DNA of 64,000 nucleotides, from positions 889,830-953,829 of the forward strand of contig CATQHC010000002.1 in assembly GCA_958295775.1 (NCBI GenBank). Reading direction: 5' to 3'. A program made the position numbers and the translations under genes. Positions 52,502 to 62,627 of the stretch are shown piece after piece. Under the pieces are notes generated by a model. It made no database searches. It had not been told where the DNA came from and saw nothing but the letters and a program-made list of their open reading frames with translations. Numbering within the stretch: position 1 is the first letter of the stretch; each line of letters opens with the position of its first letter. This DNA comes from Chloroflexota bacterium (GTDB taxonomy: Bacteria > Chloroflexota > UBA11872 > VXOZ01).

Positions 52502-52576
52502 TGGCTCCGCGGCGAGGACTCGAACCTCGAACCAGACGGTTAACAGCCGCCTGCTCTACCATTGAGCTACCGCGGA
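52502..52576 (-). tRNA. tRNA-Asn(GTT)
   Basis: The reverse complement TCCGCGGTAGCTCAATGGTAGAGCAGGCGGCTGTTAACCGTCTGGTTCGAGGTTCGAGTCCTCGCCGCGGAGCCA folds into a cloverleaf with a GTT anticodon and an encoded CCA. Confidence 0.97.
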
Positions 52577-52895
52577 AGGCGAACGATTCCAGTGTACCAA
52601 TGCACGCCACAGACGGTCAACGAACCCCCTGAGCAGACTCGTCTGATCGAACGTCTGTGCGAATAGGACCTACTCTAAGTCCCCCACCTGATACGCCGCC
52701 ATACACCCGGTCGGGCTGGGCCTGCCGAAGTGCTCGGCACGAGCGGCAATTGACCTTGTGCCAGGGGTCTAATGCAACCTAGATGCGATTGACATCCATT
52801 GGTCGAGAGTATATGAAGATGGAAGATTCGCAGGGAGTTTGGTCGGACATGCAAGGTAACTTAGAAGAGCGAGCTTTGCCGGCAGAGGAATTCCT

Positions 52896-54311
52896 TCAAG
52901 ACAGGGCGGCAGAGTCTTGCTTCAACCGCCGCCGTGCCGCGGCTAGGGCGGACTCCACCCGGTCGGGCGCAGTGCCACCGGAAAGATCCCGGGCTGCGAG
53001 CGAACCCTCCACGGTGATTGCGTCGAATACGTCCTCTTTGATGCGGTCGCAGACCGCTTGATACTCCGCAAGCGCTAGGTCTGCCAAGCCGCAATTGCGC
53101 TCGAGGCAAATGCGCACGATGCGACCGACCACGGCGTGCGCCTCGCGGAACGGCAAGCCCTGCCGCACTAGGTAGTCGGCAAGATCAGTGGCAGTCGTGA
53201 AGCCGCCGCCAGCGGCCTCAGCCATGCGTGCGGCATTGACCCGGAGCGTGCCCACTACACCATTCATTATGTCAAGGCATGCCGCCGTCGTGTCTACGCC
53301 GTCGAACAGCGCTGCCTTGTCTTCCTGCAGGTCGCGGTTATAGGTCAGCGGCAGCCCTTCCATAAGCGTCAGGAGAGCGAAGAGGTCGCCGAACACACGC
53401 CCGGCCTTGCCGCGGGTCAGTTCCGCTGAGTCGGGATTCTTCTTTTGCGGCATGATGCTGGAGCCGGTCGCATACGCGTCGTCAAGCTCCACAAAGCCAA
53501 ACTCGGCGGACGTCCAGAGGACCACCTCCGACGCCAGCCGCGATAGGTGCACCATGATCAGGCTGCACACGTGCAGCGCCTCGATTACAAAGTCGCGGTC
53601 GCTCACGGCATCCATGCTATTGGCCGCGACGGCAGCGAAGCCGAGCTCCTGGGCCACAAAGTCGCGGTCAAGCGGATACGGCGCGCCCGCGAGCGCCGCC
53701 GCGCCCAACGGCAGAACATTCACCCGCGCCCGGCATTCCCGTGAGCGCGCAAAGTCGCGGGCGAACATCTCCACATACGCCAGCAGGTGGTGGCCGAATG
53801 TCACCGGCTGCGCGCGTTGCAGGTGCGTGTAGCCGGGCATACTGGTCGCAGCGTGCGCTGCGGCTTGTACGAGCAATGTCTCTTGAAACCGACAGAGCTG
53901 CAGACCGAGTGAGTCGAGCGCGCCCCGGCACCACAGACGGAGGTCAGCCACAACCTGATCGTTGCGGCTCCGCGCCGTATGCAGTTTGCCTGCCACGGCA
54001 CCTATCCGCTCCTGCAAGAGATCTTCGACAGCGGAATGCACGTCTTCCCAGCGCTCGGCATCCGGCGTGATCGCTCCGCTATCGATCTCTTCCAAGACCG
54101 CAGAGAGTCCCGCGCAAATTGCGTCGGCTTCATCCTGAGCAATGATGCCCTGCTTCGCGAGCATGCGGCAATGTGCCTGCGAGCCGGCGATGTCTTCACG
54201 ATAGAGCCGCCAGTCCACCGGCAGCGAGGTCGAAAACGCCAGCATGTCTCCGCCCAGCGCTTTCGCAAAGCGGCCGCCCCACAGGGTGGTTGGTTTCTTC
54301 GTGCTATCCAT
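52896..54311 (-). CDS. argH: Argininosuccinate lyase
   Basis: LWGGRF, HTARSRNDQV, PGYTHLQRAQP, GSSIMPQKKNPD, YNRDLQEDK. Confidence 0.98.
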   Translation of the reverse strand: MDSTKKPTTLWGGRFAKALGGDMLAFSTSLPVDWRLYREDIAGSQAHCRMLAKQGIIAQDEADAICAGLSAVLEEIDSGAITPDAERWEDVHSAVEDLLQERIGAVAGKLHTARSRNDQVVADLRLWCRGALDSLGLQLCRFQETLLVQAAAHAATSMPGYTHLQRAQPVTFGHHLLAYVEMFARDFARSRECRARVNVLPLGAAALAGAPYPLDRDFVAQELGFAAVAANSMDAVSDRDFVIEALHVCSLIMVHLSRLASEVVLWTSAEFGFVELDDAYATGSSIMPQKKNPDSAELTRGKAGRVFGDLFALLTLMEGLPLTYNRDLQEDKAALFDGVDTTAACLDIMNGVVGTLRVNAARMAEAAGGGFTTATDLADYLVRQGLPFREAHAVVGRIVRICLERNCGLADLALAEYQAVCDRIKEDVFDAITVEGSLAARDLSGGTAPDRVESALAAARRRLKQDSAALS

Positions 54312-54469
54312 GTGTTTCTACGTCCGAATCAGTCCGGCGGTTGCGCTCTGTGCTCTTGCCTCTTTGCGCCTGCCCATGTCTATAGTCGGCAGGCCATTCT
54401 AAATGCAGCAGAGCTTTGAATATGCACTCTCCGCCAGGCTAAGAAGGCGAAAACTCGGTAAATCGAAGA

Positions 54470-54499
54470 TGGATTCCCACTTTCGCGGGAATGACGGAG
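54470..54499. repeat. Second copy of the REP-like palindrome
   Basis: tggattcccactttcgcgggaatgacggag; positions 54474-54499 match 40415-40440 at 25 of 26 nt. Confidence 0.7.
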
Positions 54500-54633
54500 G
54501 TTGGTGGTCTTTTCTCATGGAAGTGACGGGCGACGCTCTTCCGCTTTTGTGGCACTGACGATTCTGCCAACCCCCTATCGATGTACTCATGAATAGAGCC
54601 GTAGGGACGCTCCCAGATTGGCGGTAGTGCCAG

Positions 54634-55842
54634 CTACGGTCTGAACTCGCGGGCGATTTGGGCGTAGATATCGGCGCTTTGGGCTACTTCGGTGAGGTCG
54701 ACGCGCTCGTGGTCGGTGTGGGCGTAGCCGATGTCGCCGGGCCCGTAGACGATGCAGGGCACACCGCTCTTGACTTGCAGTTTGCTGGCGTCCGTGCCGT
54801 AGGTGACGCCCTGCGGCTCAGGCGGGAGGTTGTGCGCCCCGAGCGCGCGCATGGCGGCTTGCACGATTGCCTCATCTTCCGCGGTATCCAGCGGCCAGTC
54901 GGCGAGATCGCGCGACGCCACACTGGGATGCATATCGGACTTGGTTGCCGCGAGTTGCTCCATGGCCTCTTCGAATTCCCGGATTGATCCCTCTGAGGTC
55001 TCACCCGGAATGATGCGGCGGTCGACCACCACCTCGCAGGTCTCGGGGATGACGTTGGCGGCGTGGCCGCCGTGGATGATGCCGATGGCCCAAGTGGGAT
55101 ACCCTACCAGCGGATGCGAGCGCGCCGCGAAGCGCGGGTCCAACGTCTCGCGCAGGTGCTGAATGACGTCAACCATCTGGTAAATCGCGTTGTTGCCCAT
55201 ATGCGGCTGGCTGCTATGAGCCGGACGGCCCTTGGTTTGCAGCGTAAAGCGCACCGCGCCCTTTGTGGCGGTAACCAGACCCAGCTTGGTCGGTTCGCCA
55301 ATCACCGCCGCCGTAACTTGGATCTCTTGCTCGATGAATCCCAAGATGCCGCGAAAGCGGTATTCCTCGTCAACCACTCCCAGCAGTCCGATGTCATAGG
55401 CTAGGTCTGCCGGGTGCTTTGCCAATTCACGAATGGCTAACAGCATGCCGGCAAGGCAGCCCTTGGCGTCGCACGAGCCCCGTCCGTGCAGCGTGGTCCC
55501 TTCCACGCGTGGTTCGAGGGCTGCCGGCCCCCACGTGTCCACGCCCACCGTATCCATGTGGCACTCAAGCAGCAGGAGGCCCTTGGAGTTGGGCACGCGC
55601 AGCCGTCCGAAGACGTTTGACCGGCCCGGCAGCACTTCGTGTTGCTGTGTCTCCAGGCCAAGGTCTTGTAGCTGGGATTCAACAAAATCGGCAAGCTTAC
55701 TCTCGCCCCCAGAGCCATCCGCCGTGAAGGCCGGATTCATGCTGGGAATACTTACGAGGCTTGAAAGTAACTCTGCAGTCTCTTTGATGCGGTCTTCGTC
55801 AACAACGCTCATTGAGTGCCCGTTTCCTGTCGGTTTGTGCAT
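54634..55842 (-). CDS. M20 family ArgE/DapE-like deacylase
   Basis: HMDTV, GRGSCDAKG, DEE, GEPT, AHSS, GPG...AHT..E; lies upstream of argH. Confidence 0.9.
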   Translation of the reverse strand: MHKPTGNGHSMSVVDEDRIKETAELLSSLVSIPSMNPAFTADGSGGESKLADFVESQLQDLGLETQQHEVLPGRSNVFGRLRVPNSKGLLLLECHMDTVGVDTWGPAALEPRVEGTTLHGRGSCDAKGCLAGMLLAIRELAKHPADLAYDIGLLGVVDEEYRFRGILGFIEQEIQVTAAVIGEPTKLGLVTATKGAVRFTLQTKGRPAHSSQPHMGNNAIYQMVDVIQHLRETLDPRFAARSHPLVGYPTWAIGIIHGGHAANVIPETCEVVVDRRIIPGETSEGSIREFEEAMEQLAATKSDMHPSVASRDLADWPLDTAEDEAIVQAAMRALGAHNLPPEPQGVTYGTDASKLQVKSGVPCIVYGPGDIGYAHTDHERVDLTEVAQSADIYAQIAREFRP

Positions 55843-56018
55843 AATTCACTACCACGTCTCGCTCCATGGTAGCAGATTCGATGATGACGAGAGCGTTCTC
55901 AAGTCCTTGCTAGGCCTTGGCAGTAAGTGGTCAAGCGGGCGCATTGAGCGTAGAGAATAGGTGTCTTTGTCTGAGCGTGGGGATTAGAACGGCGCACGGC
56001 GCCAGCGTATTCGGCGTT

Positions 56019-57641
56019 TTAGTGTTCGCCGCGTGCTTCCAGGGTAATGAGTTCGAGGACATCCTGGCTGGTCACCGTGCCGAGGAAGTGGTCCGACTCT
56101 CGATCGACAACGGGGAGAACCGTCAACCCGTTCTCGGTCATGCGTTGCAGCACATCTTCCACCAACTCATCGGGCCAAGCCTGCGGAGTCTTGTGCCGCA
56201 CCACGTTGTCCAGTTTCGTCGTGGACCACGCTTCCTTGGGCAGGTAGCGCAGCATGCCTAAGGACACTATTCCCGATAGGCTTCCGTTCTTGACGATTAC
56301 GTAATCGTGCTGGTGTGGCAAAATCCACCGGTCAACGAAATTCCGCACCGACAGCGCCGGATCGGGATAGGTGCGCGTCCGGTCAAGTATGTCGTTCACT
56401 GTGATGTCGTCCAGGGCAAACCGGGCAAGAGAAGCCGGCAACGATTCCGGCAGTGTTGGCCGGTCCGTTGTTCTGGCGTGGGTAACTGCAAAATTGATCA
56501 CAGGAGGCCCGAACAGGATGTACGCGAACATGATGAGCACGAGCAGCGAAAAGATATCATCCCCAATAATGCCTGATTCCAACATCACCAAGAGGAGGGC
56601 GATTTCCGCAACTCCTTTTGCCATCAGTCCAGTGGCCAGCACGAACGGCCTCTCCAACCGCGACACGAAAGCGCCGATGAGAGATCCGGCGAACTTCCCC
56701 AACAGGGGAACTGCCACGAGTGCTGCAATAGTCACCACTGGCAAATCGGTGAAAGAGTAACTTAGGTGCAAACCCGCTGAGGCAAAGAAGAGCGGCACGA
56801 ATAGTCCTTCGGCAGCACTCCTCATCCCCGGTACAATATCTCGACGCAGTTGATGGGGTAGTCCCGAAAGGGCGGCGCCAAAGAGCAGGGCGCCCAGGGA
56901 GCCATGTGTCCCCACCGCTTCGGAGATGCCCACAACGACGAAGAGCCCACCGATGAGCAGCCCGAAAGACAGTTGCGGGACATGCAAATAGCGCTGGAGG
57001 AGCACGATGAAGGGAGGGATCACGTATCTGGATAGGACCCAGGTCACCAGCGTGAAGCCGACGATCTTTGCCAGCAGGATGAGCACGCTGGACCAATTGA
57101 GTTCGGTTACGTGCTCGCCGATGGTAAATCCCACGAGCAAGAGAGCGAGGAGCTCAGCAATGAATACGGTGATAAAAATCTGTATGCCGATGGGCTTGCG
57201 TAGATGACCCTCGTCGGCGAGAACTTTGCTTACAAGGCCGAGGCTGGACAGCGAAAGAATTCCTGACAGCGCCAGCGCCTCAGTGAAGTCCAGCTCTAGT
57301 CCGAAGTCATAGAGGACGGTTGACGTAACAGTGAGGGCAAACAGCAGCGAAATGATGACTGACAGGGTCGCGGCGACGAAGAAGCGGCCGCGGAGCGTGG
57401 CAATGAAACCGGAGATGTCTATCTCGTCAAGCCCGATGAGGAAGAAGAAGAGGAAAATCCCAATACCAAGCAGAATATCCAACTCGTTTGTCGGCTCTAT
57501 GATGCCGAAGACGGGCCCCAGCGCCAGTCCCGCAGCCGTATACGCCACAATTGCATTGAGCCGGAAGCGGCGCAGTACGCCTTCCAGAAGCTTTGCGACA
57601 ACGATGAGCAGTCCAATGGAAAGGAGTACTTCGAAGGACAT
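56019..57641 (-). CDS. Cation:proton antiporter (CPA2) with a C-terminal CBS pair
   Basis: About 12 TM segments, FVPLFFASAG, K..G, and a CBS-like C-terminus (LPVVD...LGTVT..DVL). Confidence 0.88.
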   Translation of the reverse strand: MSFEVLLSIGLLIVVAKLLEGVLRRFRLNAIVAYTAAGLALGPVFGIIEPTNELDILLGIGIFLFFFLIGLDEIDISGFIATLRGRFFVAATLSVIISLLFALTVTSTVLYDFGLELDFTEALALSGILSLSSLGLVSKVLADEGHLRKPIGIQIFITVFIAELLALLLVGFTIGEHVTELNWSSVLILLAKIVGFTLVTWVLSRYVIPPFIVLLQRYLHVPQLSFGLLIGGLFVVVGISEAVGTHGSLGALLFGAALSGLPHQLRRDIVPGMRSAAEGLFVPLFFASAGLHLSYSFTDLPVVTIAALVAVPLLGKFAGSLIGAFVSRLERPFVLATGLMAKGVAEIALLLVMLESGIIGDDIFSLLVLIMFAYILFGPPVINFAVTHARTTDRPTLPESLPASLARFALDDITVNDILDRTRTYPDPALSVRNFVDRWILPHQHDYVIVKNGSLSGIVSLGMLRYLPKEAWSTTKLDNVVRHKTPQAWPDELVEDVLQRMTENGLTVLPVVDRESDHFLGTVTSQDVLELITLEARGEH

Positions 57642-57879
57642 GCCTGGCAGAATCCGCTTCTCAATATCGCGCCGTAGTTTTGCAATATTGTACTACAAAG
57701 ACGTTTCGGTGTTTTGAAAATTTGCGCTGTACCGCGAACAACATTCGGTCTTGAGTCTGTTTTCAGTTCTTGGCGCCAATGCGTACTCTCAAGAGGGATA
57801 CGCTACAATTAGAACGCTGCGCCGACTTTGGCATTATGGGCGGTGGCGCGGCGAGACAGCAGGATAGAGAAGGGTACCT

Positions 57880-58923
57880 ATGACAGCCAATCCCCCTAAA
57901 CTACACGTTGGCGTTGTCGGCCTTGGGGTGGGCAGGAGATTCGTGGAGGCATTCGCCGCTCACCCGCATACAGAGGTCAGCGCTATCTGTGCAAAGGAGC
58001 AGGATGTGCTCGCGGACACCTGCCGCGAACATGCCATACCACAGGCCTACACAGAGTTCGCTGACATATTGGCTGACCCACGCGTGGAGTTGCTGGTGAT
58101 TGCCACGCCCCACGCGCTGCATGCTGACATGGCAGTGCAGGCCCTGCGGGCCGGCAAGCACGTCGTTGTGGAGAAGCCAATGTGCATCTCCCTTCAAGAG
58201 TGTGAAGCAATGATCCAGGCAGTGGAGGAGACAGGAAGGATTCTGGCAGTCGACCAGGTGCTGCGATTCTATCCATACTATCAGTCCATTAGGGAGCATG
58301 TGGCGAGCGGGGGCATGGGGGAGATCTACTATGCCGAGGCAGATTATCTTCATAACACCGCTCAGCTCATTCGCGAACGCACGGTTTGGCGAGGGTCAGC
58401 CGAACACTCCCATTACCCGATCCTGGGCGGCGGTTCGCACTCTCTCGACATGTTGCGATGGCTGGTGGGCGAGGTTGACCGAGTGCACTGCGAAGCCTCA
58501 CAACGCGCGCTTCGCGACTTTCCGTTCCCGGACTGCATGATTGCCACGCTGCAATTTGCAAATGGCGCAGTAGGGAAGTGCACTACTTCGTACGGTCTCG
58601 TGCGGCCGACCATGCACAATCTGGTGCTCTTTGGCACTGACGGCACTATCGAACGCGCGCGCGGCAGGCGCGATCAGGATAAACAGTTCCGACCCGCGAA
58701 CGGTCACGAGTTCGCTGAAGAGGAGTGGCCGGTGCCCTTCCAGCCACCGGGCGGCAAACCGATTGCCTCTGTGGCGGACCATGTGTACCAATGCGTGAGA
58801 GACAACACAACGCCTCTCACCAACGTGTGGGAGGGCGCGAACACCGTAGCTGTTGCGCTTGCCGCGATTGAATCGTGGCACACCGGCAAGCCGGTTCGGC
58901 CCGCGCACTTTGAGCCCGCATGA
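57880..58923 (+). CDS. Gfo/Idh/MocA oxidoreductase
   Basis: VGLGVG, ATPHALH, AGKHVVVEKP, GSHSLD. Confidence 0.93.
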   Translation: MTANPPKLHVGVVGLGVGRRFVEAFAAHPHTEVSAICAKEQDVLADTCREHAIPQAYTEFADILADPRVELLVIATPHALHADMAVQALRAGKHVVVEKPMCISLQECEAMIQAVEETGRILAVDQVLRFYPYYQSIREHVASGGMGEIYYAEADYLHNTAQLIRERTVWRGSAEHSHYPILGGGSHSLDMLRWLVGEVDRVHCEASQRALRDFPFPDCMIATLQFANGAVGKCTTSYGLVRPTMHNLVLFGTDGTIERARGRRDQDKQFRPANGHEFAEEEWPVPFQPPGGKPIASVADHVYQCVRDNTTPLTNVWEGANTVAVALAAIESWHTGKPVRPAHFEPA

Positions 58924-59795
58924 TCTACATCGCCGGCCAGGTATTCGGCAACTTTGTGTTTGCCATGTCGTTGCGCCTGGCGCGGGGTAGGCAGTACCAC
59001 TATCTCACCGTAGGGACCATTAACTACGCGATAGCGGCATTGCTGGCCGTCACGTGGGCAGTGTTGAGCGACATTCCCAGCTTCGATCCGCTTGTCATAC
59101 TCTTGGGTGCGATCAATGGACTCCAATACCAGCTAAGTTTGGTCGTGCTGTTTACGGTTGTGGAGCTCGTTGGCATCGGCATTACGTTCGGTTTCATACG
59201 TCTTTCGGTGGCGTTGCCAACGTTTGCATCCATCTTTCTGTGGGGGGAACAGCCTGCCGTACTCCAAGTAGTAGGTCTGGGGCTTGCGTTTGTTGCGCTG
59301 CCTCTGCTGGGCGCGGACGCGCACCAGGCAGCGCGCGGCAAGCGCGGACACTCGCTTTGGACTTGGAGTGTACTGCTGACGGCCGTGTTACTTTCGGGGG
59401 CAGGACTGACTGCAGCGAAGGCATTTTCCGTCTGGAGCACACCGGACTATCAGCCACTGTATACAGCCTCGGTCTTTGTCGCGGCTACGCTCGGCGCCGG
59501 ATTCATTTGGCCCATGCGCAAGCGTTTTCGTTTACCAGGCTGGCGCACCGCTTCAATGCGCCACAATATTGGCTTGGGTGTGATGATGGGTGCCTCGAAC
59601 CTCTTTCAAGTCGCCATGCTGCTCAGTGCGCTGGCAATTCTGCCAGGTACGATAGTCTTTCCACTGTCCGCTACGGTCGGCTTGGCAACGACTCTCCTTG
59701 GTGGCATGGTGTTGTTTGGTGAGCGGTTTGGACGCGTCACCGCTATCGGCATTGTGCTTACATTGTTTGCAATCGTCCTGATTAGCGTGCAGTGA
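58920..59795 (+). CDS. DMT/EamA-like transporter
   Basis: Ten TM segments in two repeats ending WGE and FGE; ATGA overlap with the upstream gene. Confidence 0.8.
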   Translation: MIYIAGQVFGNFVFAMSLRLARGRQYHYLTVGTINYAIAALLAVTWAVLSDIPSFDPLVILLGAINGLQYQLSLVVLFTVVELVGIGITFGFIRLSVALPTFASIFLWGEQPAVLQVVGLGLAFVALPLLGADAHQAARGKRGHSLWTWSVLLTAVLLSGAGLTAAKAFSVWSTPDYQPLYTASVFVAATLGAGFIWPMRKRFRLPGWRTASMRHNIGLGVMMGASNLFQVAMLLSALAILPGTIVFPLSATVGLATTLLGGMVLFGERFGRVTAIGIVLTLFAIVLISVQ

Positions 59796-59812
59796 GGAAA
59801 GGGGAGGAGGAG

Positions 59813-60586
59813 ATGCTCGGCGCAATTGCAGGCGACCTGATTGGTTCCGTTCACGAGTTCATCGGGACCAAGACGAAGGATTTTCCGCTACTAGATCCCA
59901 AGTGTTTCATTACAGACGATTCAATACTGACCGTCGCTCTGGCCGATGCGCTGCTAAATGAGCTTGACTATGCTGTCACGCTCAAACTGTACTATCGGCG
60001 GTACCCCGATGCCGGTTACGGTGGGGCATTCCACAACTGGGCACTGTCGGATTCGTGGGAACCCTACAACAGTTGGGGCAACGGGGCGGCAATGCGGGTC
60101 AGTCCGGCGGCATACGTCGCGAGCAGCCTTGACGAAGCATTGGCATTGGCAGAGCAGAGCGCCGTGGTGACGCACAACCACCCGGAGGGCATTCGCGGAG
60201 CGCAAGCCACCGCGGCTGCTATCTTCTTGGCGCGGACCGGCCACGAGAAGAGCAACATCAAGCAATTCGTGGAAGCTTCATTTGGCTACGATCTGCAGAA
60301 GACGATCGATGAAATCCGCCCCACGTATGAGTTCAACGAGTCGTGTCAAGAGACGGTGCCGCAAGCAATCACGGCCTTCTTAGAGGCAACGGACTTCGAG
60401 GACGCTATTCGCAACGCAATCTCACTGGGCGGAGACGCTGACACTCTGGCGTGCATTACCGGTTCCATTGCGGAACCCTACTTTGGCGGCGTGCCGGAGG
60501 ACCTGCGGGAAGCAGTCCTGTTGCGTCTCGACGATGAATTGCTGGCCGTCGTCACCGCATTCGAACAGCAGGTGATGAAACATTAG
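59813..60586 (+). CDS. ADP-ribosylglycohydrolase family protein
   Basis: GAIAGD..GS, TDD, GNGAAMRVSP, THNH, GGDADT; strong SD. Confidence 0.93.
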   Translation: MLGAIAGDLIGSVHEFIGTKTKDFPLLDPKCFITDDSILTVALADALLNELDYAVTLKLYYRRYPDAGYGGAFHNWALSDSWEPYNSWGNGAAMRVSPAAYVASSLDEALALAEQSAVVTHNHPEGIRGAQATAAAIFLARTGHEKSNIKQFVEASFGYDLQKTIDEIRPTYEFNESCQETVPQAITAFLEATDFEDAIRNAISLGGDADTLACITGSIAEPYFGGVPEDLREAVLLRLDDELLAVVTAFEQQVMKH

Positions 60587-60654
60587 ACCGTACTCTGCAC
60601 GGCGGGCACTCTTTTTGAGCCTGGTTGCTTTTTTTCTTTAGACCAAAGAAGCAT

Positions 60655-60691
60655 AGACCTGTCTCCGGTTGAACAAGCCGGAAACAGGTCT
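60655..60691. terminator. Hairpin between convergent genes, possible bidirectional terminator
   Basis: Imperfect stem agacctgtctccgg...ccggaaacaggtct. Confidence 0.5.
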
Positions 60692-60752
60692 GCTCTGTTT
60701 TCTCTAGCGGGCCCTACATGCGCGCCCGGAACGTGTCTCAGTCTGAGGCTGA

Positions 60753-62627
60753 CTACTTCGGCATATTCTTCAGCGCGTTGTATGCCGGTCGCGGGCTCCA
60801 GTCAGGATTGAGTATGCCAAACGCCCAGGTCTCGTGGGACTTGGATTGCGTGACGCGGAAGTTCAAGTTCCACACGATCATGACACCAACGTATGGGTGC
60901 TGTTGCCTGACTAGGTTGAAGGAACTCACCAAGTAAGCGGCTTGGTCTTGATCGGAGTTCTGCAGGGCGTATTCATACCCCGGAGCGGGCTGATCGGATG
61001 CTGCCCAGCCAAACTCGGTGAACCACACATCCTTGTTGATGCCGGCGGCGAGCAGAATATTGTGCAACTCCGCGTAGCGGGTGAAGAAGAAGCTTGGGTG
61101 GCTGCCGAAGCCGCCAGACTGATTCCTCGTGATGTTCTGCGGAGTATCAGTCGGCGGGTGGTTGAAGCCGCCGGGGTGTACGCCGAGCACGTCGAAGTAG
61201 TTCGCCACTTCACCGTTGTTATAGGCGACGAGTTGGCGCAAGTACTCAACGTCGTCAATCGCGACGTTTGGATCGATCACACCGGTAGGCGTGAGCGCAC
61301 CCATGATGGCGACGGCATTGGGGTCTGCCTGCTTAAGCGCCGTGTACGTCACTTTGAGCAACTCGACAAACGGCCCGGGCGTTACCGGCTTCCATTCGAT
61401 GGCAAGATTAGCCTCGTTCCATAGCTCGTACGCCTGTACCTTGCCCCGGTAGCGTGTGGCTAGGACGCGCATGAAGTCGGCAAAGTCCTGAGGATCCGCT
61501 GGAGGCCCGTGGTCAAGACCCGGCGCCAGTGCCCAAGTGGGGGTCTTGGCCACGGAGAGCAGAATATTCAGACCGGAATCATGAGCCGAGTTCACAACGC
61601 GGTCGAGTTCCGCCCAGTCGAAACCGCCTTTCTCCACAGGCTCGATGGACGACCACTGGACCTGTTGCTTCACCCAGGTGAAACCGGCTTCTTTGATGAG
61701 TTGGTAGACACGATTCTTGTCGGCAGGGGACAGCCAGAAGAGGTCCGCCTGCATGCCGTAGCCAAGATTATTCGTGTATTGCGGCAATTTGCCGAATACC
61801 TGAGAGGTTCGCGCCGTGGAGCCGGTCATTGGGGGCGGCGGCGCCACTTGTCCCACTGCACCGGTTACTGGCGATGGTCGCTCGTCAATGCTATGCGGGA
61901 GCTTGGCCTCGGCTGGCAGCAGATCGAATTCCTTCAAGAGATCGCCACCAAGAATCGTAGTCACGGTGCCTTTGCTGATGCCGATTTCGGGAATGTCCTC
62001 GGTCCAGAGTTGCAGTGCAATGCGCTGGAAGCGCTGCGCAATAAACGGACCAAAGGCTTGGGGGCGTGACATTGGTAGGCCGTAAAGTTCGATGGCTGCG
62101 TTCTCGCCGCCAACGGCCAAGTACCGTTGCCGAATTTCGGGGTTCGTGAGCCAACTGAGGCGTGCCTGCTTGGCCCTTTGAAAGTCTCCCCCGGAGCCGT
62201 CGTCAGCGATGGATTCAGGAATACCCCGCGAGGCGAGGATGGCGTTGAGCCCCGCCTTCTCCAGTATTTCAAAAGTGTTTCCCAGGAAGACCTGCTTCAA
62301 ACCCGGATGGTATTGCAGCAATGCGCCCTGGGTGACCTGATAGATGAACCCATCTTCCTCATAGCGCCGTGAGGCGGGATAGCCAATGGCGTTTACGCCG
62401 CCGAGTTGGCTAAACCTGCTATAGAATGCGGGTCCGCCCGGTTCGTCAAAAACTGTGAAGCCTTGGCTTCCCTTGCCACCTAAGCCGTTCGCTTGCTTAT
62501 AGAAGTGACCGCCTGCTACCGGCTGGTCGATCGATTCTTGGGCAGCTACCGGTAGGGCCGAGAGTAGCAGACTAAGAATTGTGGCGATAAGTAGCGAACT
62601 TACAAGTTGCTTAAAGCGTCGGCGCAT
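60753..62627 (-). CDS. Secreted clan GH-A glycoside hydrolase (GH5/GH39-like) with an N-terminal surface module
   Basis: Sec signal; ELWNEAN acid/base and WFTEFGW nucleophile motifs; Pro-rich linker. Confidence 0.85.
   Translation of the reverse strand: MRRRFKQLVSSLLIATILSLLLSALPVAAQESIDQPVAGGHFYKQANGLGGKGSQGFTVFDEPGGPAFYSRFSQLGGVNAIGYPASRRYEEDGFIYQVTQGALLQYHPGLKQVFLGNTFEILEKAGLNAILASRGIPESIADDGSGGDFQRAKQARLSWLTNPEIRQRYLAVGGENAAIELYGLPMSRPQAFGPFIAQRFQRIALQLWTEDIPEIGISKGTVTTILGGDLLKEFDLLPAEAKLPHSIDERPSPVTGAVGQVAPPPPMTGSTARTSQVFGKLPQYTNNLGYGMQADLFWLSPADKNRVYQLIKEAGFTWVKQQVQWSSIEPVEKGGFDWAELDRVVNSAHDSGLNILLSVAKTPTWALAPGLDHGPPADPQDFADFMRVLATRYRGKVQAYELWNEANLAIEWKPVTPGPFVELLKVTYTALKQADPNAVAIMGALTPTGVIDPNVAIDDVEYLRQLVAYNNGEVANYFDVLGVHPGGFNHPPTDTPQNITRNQSGGFGSHPSFFFTRYAELHNILLAAGINKDVWFTEFGWAASDQPAPGYEYALQNSDQDQAAYLVSSFNLVRQQHPYVGVMIVWNLNFRVTQSKSHETWAFGILNPDWSPRPAYNALKNMPK

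Noticed and set aside
52455..52610. N-terminal extension of the 295-aa methyltransferase ORF
   Set aside because: It is a translation through tRNA-Asn; the real start is the ATG at 52454.
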